Position numbers and translations under genes: made by a program
Assembly (NCBI GenBank): GCA_904374385.1
Contig: CAJFGA010000002.1
Span: 3,166 to 67,165, forward strand
Direction: 5' to 3'
From: an uncultured Clostridia bacterium
GTDB lineage: Bacteria > Bacillota > Clostridia > Christensenellales > Borkfalkiaceae
Length of the DNA: 64,000 bases
Shown here: in pieces, positions 38,535-48,184 of the stretch
Numbering within the stretch: position 1 is the stretch's first letter
Layout of the letters: each line of letters opens with the position of its first letter
The notes under the pieces: model-generated
What the model saw: the letters and a program-made list of their open reading frames with translations, nothing else
What the model was told of the DNA's origin: nothing
Databases searched by the model: none

Positions 38535-39773
38535 ATGGCAGTAAACAAAGTGGATTTAAATGGAGAAACGCTTATCGATCTAACGGCAGATACGGCAACA
38601 GCAGAGGACGTTGCAGAGGGAAAAACCTTTCATCTTGCGAGCGGAGAACAGGCTACGGGGACAAGTACGGGCGGCAGTGACAGTGATCTCGGTATCATTG
38701 AAGCAATGGACGAGCCTTTGCCGACTCCCGAAGAAACCGACCCTTATGTGGTTTATGACAATGATGATTTGTCTGCATATGTTCGAAAGGTACGCCAAAC
38801 ATCTGCAAACACGATTTATCCGCCGAATGAATCGACTCTTTATTATGCTGTTATTTTAGGTACGACTGGCTCATCTTTTAGCGGGCAATATAAAATTGTT
38901 TGGGCTTCTCAAGAAAAAATCACTTTCAGTGGTGGAGGAAACACGACTTATCCTGCATCATACGAGAGTGCGGAGGTAAGAAGTATATCGTATTATTCCA
39001 CGGAATCTTATACTTCTATTGATGAGGCGGAAGCAGCTATAAAGTCGAATACTACGCCCTATACGCAAGCAACCAGTTTGAGATATTTTTATAGAACCAA
39101 TACTTCATCGATATATTTAAGCAATCCCGTTGTAAAGACCAATATAAACGACACAATTTCTTATGTCAGCAGACTTGAACCAAGTAGCATGTCGTCATCT
39201 ATAAGCGCAACATATACAGACACAAATTCATACAACCCGTTTAGCGGGTATATCAGCGGGTCTGTGACAAACCATTATTCCAAACTTCTTGACAGTGAAG
39301 ATATTCCATTGCCAACCGATGATGATGACGGAAAGGCTCTTGTTGTGCAAGACGGTAAAATAGTCTACGAAAATATTGTATCGCTTCCGACACCCACCGC
39401 TTCCGACGCGGGGAAAGTACCGACCGTGAACGCGGCAGGGGACGCTTACGAATTGCAAACGCCGCAATCGGGGGGAGGCGGCAGATACCTGCATACGATC
39501 TATTTTGAAGATTACGGAATGTACCCGTATTTGAAGTTTTATTCGGCAAGTTCATCAAAGATAACGTCGGGGACTACAGGCGAAAAGCAGAGTGCTTTCA
39601 GCTCGGTAGAAGGTTCTGCTCTTTATATAGTGAGTGACGGGGAAATGTATGGCGGAGTGCTTACATGGGATAGTGCAGCCTCTGCGGCGAAAGCTATATA
39701 TTTCAACGGTTCGGGCAGTGCAACTGCATTGAGCCTTTCAAGTATATGGGGCGAGGAAACGAGCGAAGCGTAA
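38535..39773 (+). CDS. Fibre-like protein
   Basis: Same N-domain as the previous gene; Ser/Thr/Tyr-rich body. Confidence 0.65.
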   Translation: MAVNKVDLNGETLIDLTADTATAEDVAEGKTFHLASGEQATGTSTGGSDSDLGIIEAMDEPLPTPEETDPYVVYDNDDLSAYVRKVRQTSANTIYPPNESTLYYAVILGTTGSSFSGQYKIVWASQEKITFSGGGNTTYPASYESAEVRSISYYSTESYTSIDEAEAAIKSNTTPYTQATSLRYFYRTNTSSIYLSNPVVKTNINDTISYVSRLEPSSMSSSISATYTDTNSYNPFSGYISGSVTNHYSKLLDSEDIPLPTDDDDGKALVVQDGKIVYENIVSLPTPTASDAGKVPTVNAAGDAYELQTPQSGGGGRYLHTIYFEDYGMYPYLKFYSASSSKITSGTTGEKQSAFSSVEGSALYIVSDGEMYGGVLTWDSAASAAKAIYFNGSGSATALSLSSIWGEETSEA

Positions 39774-39800
39774 TTTATATCACTTTAAAGGAGGACAAAC

Positions 39801-40460
39801 ATGTCAGACGAAACAAAGGCGATCAGTCTTGAAAATCTAACAGAATTTAAGGAAAAATGCGATCTCGCATACGAACCGCGGAAGAACATACCTACGCCGA
39901 CATCATCGAACAACGGACAAGTTCTCGGCGTGGAGAACGGTAATTTTTTATTTGTCAATCAGAGCGGCGGAGGAGGCGGAGGTGATTATACGTTGCCTGT
40001 GGCTTCACCGAACACGCTCGGCGGCGTAAAGCCCGTTGCCAAGACGGACGATATGACGCAATCGGTAGGAGTAGACAGCAACGGGGCGCTATGGACGGAG
40101 CCGTCCGACGGCGGCATTGGCGGGCTTGGCACCTTAACATGGAATACGGCAACCCTGACGGCAAGCAGCACGGGCACGCAGATCAATTTGAGCGGCGTTT
40201 ATATCTGTTATATTCTCGCATCGGAGAGCGGCAGTCCTGTATTTCTGCTCAACTTCGGCGTATGTTGCTTCAGAACGGGGTCGAGTTATAACAATACATA
40301 TCAGTGTGCGATTTCGATCACGTCAGATTCGCAGGCAACGCCGAATCTAAGCGAATTAGTTTCGATTTCCTATCAGGGCAATACGATGTATTTAGGGAAT
40401 GCGAGCAGCATCGGTGTAGACACGTTGACCCTGTATTATGCGAAGATCGCCGATCTATAA
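39801..40460 (+). CDS. Head/tail fibre-like protein
   Basis: YTLPVASPNTLGGVK motif. Confidence 0.65.
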   Translation: MSDETKAISLENLTEFKEKCDLAYEPRKNIPTPTSSNNGQVLGVENGNFLFVNQSGGGGGGDYTLPVASPNTLGGVKPVAKTDDMTQSVGVDSNGALWTEPSDGGIGGLGTLTWNTATLTASSTGTQINLSGVYICYILASESGSPVFLLNFGVCCFRTGSSYNNTYQCAISITSDSQATPNLSELVSISYQGNTMYLGNASSIGVDTLTLYYAKIADL

Positions 40461-40552
40461 GGAGCCGACATGACGAGAGAAACGATCATAGTCTATCCAC
40501 AGCTCGGCGTGCGGGAGACAATCATTGAAGAAATAATAGAGGAGGACGAAGA

Positions 40553-41143
40553 ATGAAAACCATACAACTGAAACAGCGCGGCATAGGGCGGTACAGCGAT
40601 GTATCGCCTTTTCCTTTGGGAGATTTAGAGATTGAGATTGTCGGCATACCGAACATCTCGGCAGAATTCCGCTATGTCGCCAAATGCAACGACATCAAAG
40701 TCGCGGAGCTGACGGTAAGCGCGGCGAAAAGCCGAGTGACGATCTCGCAGGACAAACTGACGGCGGGGCGCTTTTCCTGCGCTGTGCAACAGTACAACAA
40801 GGGAGTGATGACGAAAATCTTTTTGATCGAAGAATTGCTCATCACGGAAGTCAACGGTACGCTTGCGGCAGACCCCGAAATCGAACAAATGCGGCGCAAA
40901 ATCGCGGCGCTTGCCGAATCATTCGAGGAGGAGAAAAAAGCCCGCAAAACCGCTGAAACAGAAATGAAAGAGGCGCAGAAATATGCGCATGAAGTTGCGG
41001 CGGGGCTTTTGAAATTCGCCTACGAAGATTATCGTGAAAACGTGTATTTGTCGGGCGGAACGTTCGAAGAGTTCTTGAACGCATACGGCATCGAAACCAA
41101 GGGCTTTACCGAGGAAGAAATTAAAAACATGAAAGGAGAATAA
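40553..41143 (+). CDS. Hypothetical phage protein (beta domain plus coiled coil)
   Basis: ORF with RBS. Confidence 0.6.
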   Translation: MKTIQLKQRGIGRYSDVSPFPLGDLEIEIVGIPNISAEFRYVAKCNDIKVAELTVSAAKSRVTISQDKLTAGRFSCAVQQYNKGVMTKIFLIEELLITEVNGTLAADPEIEQMRRKIAALAESFEEEKKARKTAETEMKEAQKYAHEVAAGLLKFAYEDYRENVYLSGGTFEEFLNAYGIETKGFTEEEIKNMKGE

Positions 41144-41145
41144 CC

Positions 41146-41751
41146 ATGACCAAAGCACAAAAACTCATTGTATCTTTATTGCTGATCGCCGCGATCTTAT
41201 TTGCTTTTTTTACCTTTGTGCCGCTTGCATTGGCGGAAGAATCGCCCGACGGCACCGTCACGGAAGAACCGTCCGAAGATGTTCAGGAGCCGCCGCAGGA
41301 GAGCGGGGAAGGGCAGACGCTCGTAGATCAGTTCATCCAATCGCTAAAGGATAAATACGGGGCGGATTATGAGCGGTATTATAATTTTATCATAGAGCAA
41401 TGGGGGAGCGTGGAGGAGTACCTTATTGCCATGGGCGAAGATTGGCCCGAAGAGGCACAGGATAGCTGGAATCGGTTTGTGGCATGGCTGGACAGGTATG
41501 CAGTCATTTGGGTACCTATCCTTGCGATCGCAATGGTGATCATCGTCTATTTCGGCGGCAAAAAGTTTATCGACAAGCGAATCTCGAATGCCGTGGATAA
41601 GAAGGTAACGCCCGTCAATGCAGAGCTGAATAAGCAATCGGCGGCACAGGCGGCGCAGATGAAAGCAATGCGGGCTTTGCTCGGGAAGAATGAGAAATTT
41701 GCAGAAGTTGCCAAAGAGTTGGAGAACCGGGAAAAGGAGCTGACGCAATGA
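41146..41751 (+). CDS. Membrane protein: signal peptide, TM, coiled coil
   Basis: ALA|EE cleavage-like site; VIWVPILAIAMVIIVYF TM. Confidence 0.7.
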   Translation: MTKAQKLIVSLLLIAAILFAFFTFVPLALAEESPDGTVTEEPSEDVQEPPQESGEGQTLVDQFIQSLKDKYGADYERYYNFIIEQWGSVEEYLIAMGEDWPEEAQDSWNRFVAWLDRYAVIWVPILAIAMVIIVYFGGKKFIDKRISNAVDKKVTPVNAELNKQSAAQAAQMKAMRALLGKNEKFAEVAKELENREKELTQ

Positions 41752-42188
41752 GCAATTACAAGACCTATCGGAAAGAAAAGTGGCTGTACTTTATTTTGAG
41801 TATAGCCGCTTACTTTCTGCCGTTTGTCATCGTGACGGCATTCCTTTTGCCGATGACGGAAGCCGCCACGGGCGTCAAGTGGGGCATGGGCATGGCGGTG
41901 GTGCTTATCAATTCCCTGCTCTTTTTGTGGGGCGCGTTTCATGCGTTTACCGCGCATTTCCCCATGCTCAATATCGTGGCCATTCTGTTCCTTGCGCTCG
42001 CGGCGTTCTTCACGCTTGATTTCTTCCAAAAGTATGTCGGCATCTTTTATTGGATAGAGTTTGCGGCGGTGATCGGCAGTATCGCTTCCTGTATCTTTTG
42101 GGGAAAATTCCGCAAATATTCGGGCTGGAGCGAAAGCGTCAAAGCGATCGCCCGCAGCGGCATATTGAAAGGAGGGAATAATAAATGA
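41748..42188 (+). CDS. 4-TM membrane protein
   Basis: Four hydrophobic segments; ATGA coupling. Confidence 0.7.
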   Translation: MSNYKTYRKEKWLYFILSIAAYFLPFVIVTAFLLPMTEAATGVKWGMGMAVVLINSLLFLWGAFHAFTAHFPMLNIVAILFLALAAFFTLDFFQKYVGIFYWIEFAAVIGSIASCIFWGKFRKYSGWSESVKAIARSGILKGGNNK

Positions 42189-43186
42189 TAAAGGACGAAC
42201 CCGCACGGGAATTTGTGCCAGTGCTGCGCCCGACGCGCTCGCATAGCTTTGCCGGGCTGTTGGACGGCATCACCCTGACCGTCGCCGCCATTTTGATCGT
42301 CGTCATTTTCATGGCGTATATGACGCACATCACCGTGGATTCGGGGGCGGGGTGGAGAGAGCTCGGGCTGAACAGTGCCTTGATGTATATCTGCACCGTT
42401 TCTTTTTACCTTTTGCTCCGTTCTTTCTCGAACCGGAAAGGTAAGCTGACGGAAAATTATAAAAAAGCGCGCGAGCGGGTGGAAATGAATAATAACAAGA
42501 TCGTACAAAGCGGATATGCCCGCCGTACGAAAGAGTATTGCCGGGCATGGGAGGATGCCGAGTTGGACGGTGCCCGCGAACATGTCCTTGCCGATGCAGG
42601 TATCAAGCTCGAAGAGTTTAACGAAAAGTATCGGCAGTATACAAAGAAAGAGATCCTCGCCAAGTTCCCCGATCTCTCCGAATATCAGGTGCAAACGATC
42701 TTGCGCGCAAAAAAAGTGAAACGGCTCAAATACGACGAAAGCTATCTTTCCGTATACGATAAACACGGCCGGCGCGTGGCGCCTTCCGGCGGGTTGAAAG
42801 CGCGCGGAGTTAAGCGTATTCAGACGGCAACCACTTTCTTTACCACGGCATTGTCTTCCCTCTTTTCCGTATATATCGCCTTTGAGATCATTGCCGACCC
42901 GTCTTTTGCAACAGTGGTTACATGCCTTATAAAAATAGTCATCATTCTCGGCTTCGGCGCTTTGGGGATGATCGGGGGATATAACCTGTCTGCGGTACGG
43001 GAAGTAGAGGAAATGGGCGAAAAGGCAGACGAACAGGAACGCTATATGAAATGGTGCGACATGACGCCCGCAAAAGAGTTTACGGAACTGCCGTTGCCGG
43101 ATGAAATTCCTCCCGAAAAGGAGATAGAGGATGCGGCCCCTATGGAAACGCAAGAACCCGATACAGAGGCTTTACAGCCAAATTGA
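42185..43186 (+). CDS. 4-TM membrane protein with a large soluble loop
   Basis: 2 TM, ~140-aa basic loop, 2 TM; GGAGG RBS. Confidence 0.7.
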   Translation: MIKDEPAREFVPVLRPTRSHSFAGLLDGITLTVAAILIVVIFMAYMTHITVDSGAGWRELGLNSALMYICTVSFYLLLRSFSNRKGKLTENYKKARERVEMNNNKIVQSGYARRTKEYCRAWEDAELDGAREHVLADAGIKLEEFNEKYRQYTKKEILAKFPDLSEYQVQTILRAKKVKRLKYDESYLSVYDKHGRRVAPSGGLKARGVKRIQTATTFFTTALSSLFSVYIAFEIIADPSFATVVTCLIKIVIILGFGALGMIGGYNLSAVREVEEMGEKADEQERYMKWCDMTPAKEFTELPLPDEIPPEKEIEDAAPMETQEPDTEALQPN

Positions 43187-43463
43187 CGGGTTTTTGCGCC
43201 GCCTTGCATCAGCGCTCAAAGATTGGCGCAATTGGGTCATCTTTGCCCTCGTATACGCTGTAATGACTTCCCCGACATGGGTGGGATGGCTTTTGTATTT
43301 TATTACCGGAGATGCGGTGCACCTTACATATTCTTCCGCTTACATGGCATTTTGGGCTTTGCCGCTTACACCGCTTATCCCGCTTTGCATCGCCATTACG
43401 CTTGCTATTCGAAAATTAATAAATAAAAAAAGAGGGGATCATGATCGAACAAAAAAATTTTGA
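43131..43463 (+). CDS. Small membrane protein, holin-like
   Basis: 2-3 hydrophobic segments and a basic C-terminus. Confidence 0.55.
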   Translation: MRPLWKRKNPIQRLYSQIDGFLRRLASALKDWRNWVIFALVYAVMTSPTWVGWLLYFITGDAVHLTYSSAYMAFWALPLTPLIPLCIAITLAIRKLINKKRGDHDRTKKF

Positions 43464-43783
43464 AGTAAATAATTGTACAGAAGAAGAATTGCTGTACCGA
43501 TGTAAAAGTTTACATTTTTCCGAAGAAAACACTTTGCTTATAATCCAAAATTTGACGTCGGTACTTATGTACAGCTTGCAACAGACTGGCTCAACGATAA
43601 AGATGTAGGGGTCGGAAAAACGCTTCGATATTATCTTTTTATTGTGTGTGACTAAAGGGAAGAAAGGAACATTTTTTCAAACAAAAAACAAATCAAAAGT
43701 TATTAGAATGTTACGTTTCTAAAAACTATACAATATATTGTGTTACATTATTTTTATAAATAACAATATATTGTATTAAAAAC

Positions 43784-43802
43784 AATCCCGCCTTCTGCGC
43801 CA
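43784..43802 (+). repeat. attR core (displaced tRNA 3' end)
   Basis: Identical to 5911-5929. Confidence 0.93.
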
Positions 43803-43837
43803 AAAGAGCCTAAGCCGTGATCGGCTTAGGCTCTTTT
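43802..43837. terminator. Probable original tRNA terminator (bidirectional)
   Basis: aaaagagcctaagccg-tgat-cggcttaggctctttt. Confidence 0.85.
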
Positions 43838-43856
43838 GATTATAGGGCGGTGGTGG

Positions 43857-44282
43857 TTATTGATTTACCCCGAATTCTATCGCAAGGTCATATATTTTTG
43901 ACTGCAGAGCACTGCCAAAATAATAGTACATATTGTCCTGTGCGATATAGCGGACAGACAGACTGAAGCGATTTTCCCCTTGGTTGATTATAATTCTTGT
44001 ATTGTTGCCTGGGGGGATCGGGTGCGTACTGCCTTCCGAAAATTCCAAGGAAAAAATAATTGACATGATCTCTTCGATGTTGTTTCGTCCTCTATGATAA
44101 ATTCATAATAGTCGCCGTCGTCATGATCAAATTTAACGGAAATGCTGTCCGTACCGTCTTGTGTCATTTCAGAAAACGCTGCAAATTCATTGATATTCGT
44201 GTAAATTTTTGTATGCTCCGCGCATGCGGCAGTCAGGCACAGCATCAAACAAATGATCGGAAGCAAAGTAATTTTTTTTCAT
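43857..44282 (-). pseudogene. Lipoprotein gene with a frameshift near 44080
   Basis: MKKITLL...LTAAC lipobox-like start; continues in another frame as IEEIMSIIF. Confidence 0.6.
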
Positions 44283-44358
44283 AATATACCATCCCCCTGA
44301 TATATATTAAACGGAGCAAGAGAACATTTTACTCACTTTTTGAGATCTAAAAATCCAA

Positions 44359-44706
44359 TCAGTCAAAAAATTTCCCTTTGAAAAAGTTTTCGTTGCCGAG
44401 TTTTTTGGCAGTCAATTTAAAAATGACGCAGCCATCCGGGCAGACGATCTCTTTGCTGTATTTTCCGTCGCCGCCGATGTTTTCCAAATCGCCGCCGCTT
44501 CTGACCGCCTCCATGATCGGATACAGTATCATCATACATTTAGAACAAATGCCTTGCCCGTCTTGATTGACGGGGCAGCCATATGTGCAGGTGTAGGTGT
44601 CGCCGATCTCTTCTCCGTTGCGGCAATAGCGCTCTGCCTTATTGCCGCGGATATAGCCCGTAACTTTGATTTCAAATTCGTATTCTTCATCGTACCATTT
44701 TTTCAT
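44359..44706 (-). CDS. TIGR04076-like Cys-rich protein
   Basis: YCRNGEEIGD.YTCTYGCP...CPDG. Confidence 0.75.
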   Translation of the reverse strand: MKKWYDEEYEFEIKVTGYIRGNKAERYCRNGEEIGDTYTCTYGCPVNQDGQGICSKCMMILYPIMEAVRSGGDLENIGGDGKYSKEIVCPDGCVIFKLTAKKLGNENFFKGKFFD

Positions 44707-44918
44707 ATAAAGACCTCCGTTATCTTGTAAGGGTAAGGATTCTTGCGCATCGGACGCAAAACGCTTCGGCTCAAAATTGTTGCGACTTGCACAAAAATGT
44801 ATCGGCCATTAAAAAATTCTTGACGGATGATTTTCGTTATTGTATAATAAACGGCGAGGTTTTCGTGTAAGAAAAACCTTTCTTGTCGCTCCCCTTAAGG
44901 CGTAATGAGGGGAGTTTT

Positions 44919-47105
44919 TTATTTGTTTCCGTGTTTTTCGTAGTAGGGGATGAGAATATCGGCGGAAACGGCAATGGAACGGGTTTTGCCTCCGCCAAAA
45001 AGTACGGTATAAGCGCCTGCTTCCAATGCCTGCACCGTTCCGACGCCGAAAATGGGATGCCGCACCCGTTCGCCCGCGCGAAAGATCTGTATATTTGCAT
45101 GCGCCGGCATGCAGCCCATATGCAGCTCGCTCTTTTGAATGTAACTTTTTGAGCGGGCGAGATGTCCTTCGGAAAACGTTCCGTCTATCTCCAGCAGCGA
45201 CCTGTCGATATCAAATAAAAATCTGGAGGTGAGCAGCGCCCCGTCTACATGTGCGTCGAACCCTTCCGCATCGGAAAGGTATAGTCTGTCCTCCGCGCGC
45301 GTCAGGGCAACATAGGCGACGCGGCGCTCTTCTTCCATTTCTTCCTTGCTTTTGATCTTGCGGGAGGGGAATAAACCCTCGTTTAAACAGCAAACGAAAA
45401 CGTTTTTGAATTCCAATCCCTTTGCCGTGTGTACGGTCATCAGTTTGACGCATTCTTTTTTGTCCTCTGCATCCGCATTGGCGATGAGGGAAATTCCGTT
45501 GAGATAATCTTCCGCATTCACCTCTTCTCCGGCAGAATCGACAAAGTCGCGCACGGATGCCTTGAGCTCGTTCAAATTGTCCAGCCTGTCCTGATTGCCG
45601 CACAGCATCATATATTCTGAGTAACCGCTCTTCTGCAAAATGAAGTCGAGCGCATCGGCGAGGTCGTGCGCTTTTAAAAATTCTTTTCCCTCGTCGACGG
45701 CGGCGATCAGTTCGGCTGCCTTGGTATTTCGAAACAGCGGATGTGCCGTTAAGGCGCGCAGTGCGTCCATGCGGCTGCATTCGCGTTCGCCAGCCAGGGC
45801 GTCGATCGCCGCGAGCCGCGTTTTGCCGATGCCGCGCGGCGGCACATTGACGGCGCGCTGAAAGGAAAGATCATCTCCGAACACGCACAATCTGAGATAG
45901 GCGAGCGCATCCTTGATTTCGCGGCGCTGATAAAATGCGATGCCGCTGAAAATGGTATAGGGGATCTTTTTGCGTACCAGCGCTTCTTCCACCGCGCGCG
46001 ACATGTAGTTGCCGCGGTATAACACGGCGATATCGGCGTACGCCGTGCCCGCCGCGTGCAGGCGGGAGATTTCTTCTGCGATGGCGTCGCTCTCTTCCGT
46101 GCGCGAGCGCGCATGGCGGTAACGCGGTTTTGCGCCGCTTGGCCGAACGGCGACGAGCGATTTTTCCAGCCGGTCACGGTTGCGCGCGATAAGCGCATTG
46201 CACGCGGCAAGGATCTCGGGTGTAGAGCGGTAATTTTTATCGAGCACAATCGTCTTGGCGCCCGCAAACCGATTGCAAAATTCGTTAAAATAGCGCACGT
46301 CTGCGCCCCGCCAAGAATAGATGGTCTGGTCGGGGTCGCCCACGATGAACAGGTTTTTATGCGCCCCGGCAAGCAGGCGCGCCAGTTTATACTGTTCGCC
46401 CGAAACGTCTTGAAATTCATCTATCTGAATGTATTCGAAATGGTTTGCCCATTTCGCAAGAAGCGCGGGTCTGCTTTCGAACAGGTAAAGCACGAATTGG
46501 ATCAGGTCGGCAAAGTCTAAAAAGAAATTTTTACGCTGATTTTCGAGATATTGCAGGATGACAAAGTGCATCGACTTTTTATCGCCCGCAAACGGCAGAT
46601 CGGGCGCAGGTGTTTCGCGCTTGGGGTCGGTAAGATAGGGCACATAGTCGCTTTCCGACTTGTATATTTCGATGGCATCCAAGCATTTTTTAAAGGGGAA
46701 ATTGCGCAGCGTAAGCCCGTTTTCCGCATAAATGCGCTGCAGAATGGTCTTTTGATCCTCCTCATCCAGCACCATAAAGTTGGAAGGATAGGCAAGGGCC
46801 GCAATTTCTTGTTTCAATATTTTATGGCAGGCGCTGTGAAAGGTCAGGATCCAGCCGCCCTCCTCATCGGGCATGTAAGCGCGAATGCGCTTGCGCATTT
46901 CCCACGCGGCTTTGTTCGTGAAGGTGACGGAAAGGATGTGCTCGGGCGCTACGCCCAGCACTTTGGCAATATATACATAGCGGCCGGTCAAAACCTTGGT
47001 TTTGCCGCTTCCCGCCCCGGCGGCGACGCGCACATAGCCCTCCGTTTCCTGCACGGCGGCTCGCTGTCCTTCGTTGAGCGGTGACAGCAGTCTGTCAAGT
47101 TCCAT
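44919..47105 (-). CDS. UvrD/PcrA-family helicase
   Basis: AGAGSGKT, IDEFQD, VGDPDQTIYSWRGA, TVHTAKGLEF and YVALTRA. Confidence 0.95.
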   Translation of the reverse strand: MELDRLLSPLNEGQRAAVQETEGYVRVAAGAGSGKTKVLTGRYVYIAKVLGVAPEHILSVTFTNKAAWEMRKRIRAYMPDEEGGWILTFHSACHKILKQEIAALAYPSNFMVLDEEDQKTILQRIYAENGLTLRNFPFKKCLDAIEIYKSESDYVPYLTDPKRETPAPDLPFAGDKKSMHFVILQYLENQRKNFFLDFADLIQFVLYLFESRPALLAKWANHFEYIQIDEFQDVSGEQYKLARLLAGAHKNLFIVGDPDQTIYSWRGADVRYFNEFCNRFAGAKTIVLDKNYRSTPEILAACNALIARNRDRLEKSLVAVRPSGAKPRYRHARSRTEESDAIAEEISRLHAAGTAYADIAVLYRGNYMSRAVEEALVRKKIPYTIFSGIAFYQRREIKDALAYLRLCVFGDDLSFQRAVNVPPRGIGKTRLAAIDALAGERECSRMDALRALTAHPLFRNTKAAELIAAVDEGKEFLKAHDLADALDFILQKSGYSEYMMLCGNQDRLDNLNELKASVRDFVDSAGEEVNAEDYLNGISLIANADAEDKKECVKLMTVHTAKGLEFKNVFVCCLNEGLFPSRKIKSKEEMEEERRVAYVALTRAEDRLYLSDAEGFDAHVDGALLTSRFLFDIDRSLLEIDGTFSEGHLARSKSYIQKSELHMGCMPAHANIQIFRAGERVRHPIFGVGTVQALEAGAYTVLFGGGKTRSIAVSADILIPYYEKHGNK

Positions 47106-47333
47106 ATTGCCCTCCGTTTTCAAACATTTGTTCGTATATATTATATACGGAACGGCACGAAAAAGCAAGGGGTTTAGCGGCGCTTGAATGTTTTTTATAA
47201 TTTTTGCCGGCTATGTGCCGGGTCTATAGATTGTAGAGCAGTATCTACAAAACAGAGAGGGGCATTGATTGCCTTTTTATTCGTTTTCGGATACAATATA
47301 GCATATCAATGACGCTTGCGGGAGTCAAATTGA

Positions 47334-48053
47334 ATGGAAGAGATCAAGGACAAAATCGTTGCGCGCAGAAAAGCGCTCGGTATGACGCAGGAACAGCTTG
47401 CACAAAAGCTGGGCGTCAGCGCCAAGGTGGTTTCAAAGTGGGAAACGGGTCGCAGTCTGCCCGATACAGCTTTTTTGTTCGATCTTTGCACGAGTTTACA
47501 GATAGCGCCGGAGGAATTGCTGGCCTGTACGCGTACAATAGAGGAAGAAAACACGGCTGAACACAGCATAGACAGGGGAGAGAATATGACCGGAATACAC
47601 CGAGCGGACAGGGACATCCGCGTACGGCGTGTCTCTCCTTTTATATATGCCAATACTATTTATGTTCTGTCTTTGCCCTTGGCCGCGATCCTGTTCGGCG
47701 CGGGCATTTACCTCTTTATGATGGATTGGTACGGCGATAATATCGTTTTATCCGTCGTGCTCATGGTCATCGGGATCGTTGCACTGTTTGGTGGCATTGC
47801 GGGATTTGCGATTTTACGTACCAAGGCGTCGGAACGAAGTTCTTTAAACATGGATAAAAAGAACGCATTTCACCTTGCGGTATATACCTATATTTTGATC
47901 TGCATCGCAGCGCTCATTGTGGGGCGCAACGTCTTGCTAAAAGATTATGAGGGACAGGATCAAGTACTGTTTTCCGGCTTGGTCATCGGCGTTTTTATCC
48001 TGCTCACGCTCGTTTTTGCAGGTTTTTTGGGGTGGAACAAGCGCAGGAAGTAA
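47334..48053 (+). CDS. XRE HTH regulator with C-terminal TM segments
   Basis: MTQEQLAQKLGVS...SKWETG plus 4 TM. Confidence 0.85.
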   Translation: MEEIKDKIVARRKALGMTQEQLAQKLGVSAKVVSKWETGRSLPDTAFLFDLCTSLQIAPEELLACTRTIEEENTAEHSIDRGENMTGIHRADRDIRVRRVSPFIYANTIYVLSLPLAAILFGAGIYLFMMDWYGDNIVLSVVLMVIGIVALFGGIAGFAILRTKASERSSLNMDKKNAFHLAVYTYILICIAALIVGRNVLLKDYEGQDQVLFSGLVIGVFILLTLVFAGFLGWNKRRK

Positions 48054-48060
48054 AAGTCGA

Positions 48061-48159
48061 TTTATAAGGAGAAAGAGCGTGCCGAGCATCGACACGCTGT
48101 ATCTCATTTACAAATTTCTTGACGTTTCGGCCGATTATCTGCTCGGCTTGGAAGATTGA
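48061..48159 (+). pseudogene. Orphan XRE C-terminal fragment
   Basis: PSIDTL...LDVSADYLLGLED* with no start or N-terminus. Confidence 0.45.
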
Positions 48160-48184
48160 AGGCGCGGGGGAAAGCCCTTGCATT

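Larger units (their letters stand above)
5911..43802. mobile_element. Temperate prophage (~37.9 kb) integrated in tRNA-Ser
   Basis: 19-bp direct repeat AATCCCGCCTTCTGCGCCA at both ends; integrase next to the tRNA; phage gene modules; visibly more AT-rich than the flanks. Confidence 0.95.

Noticed and set aside
30154-40460. Diversity-generating retroelement (Avd-like gene plus duplicated fibre segments)
   Set aside because: No reverse transcriptase in the window; the 38249/38535 duplicates differ mainly at synonymous sites of all base types and are N-terminal, not an adenine-specific TR/VR pair
42047-43153. 368-aa - strand ORF in the membrane cluster
   Set aside because: Antisense to translationally coupled + strand genes with clear RBS and TM patterns
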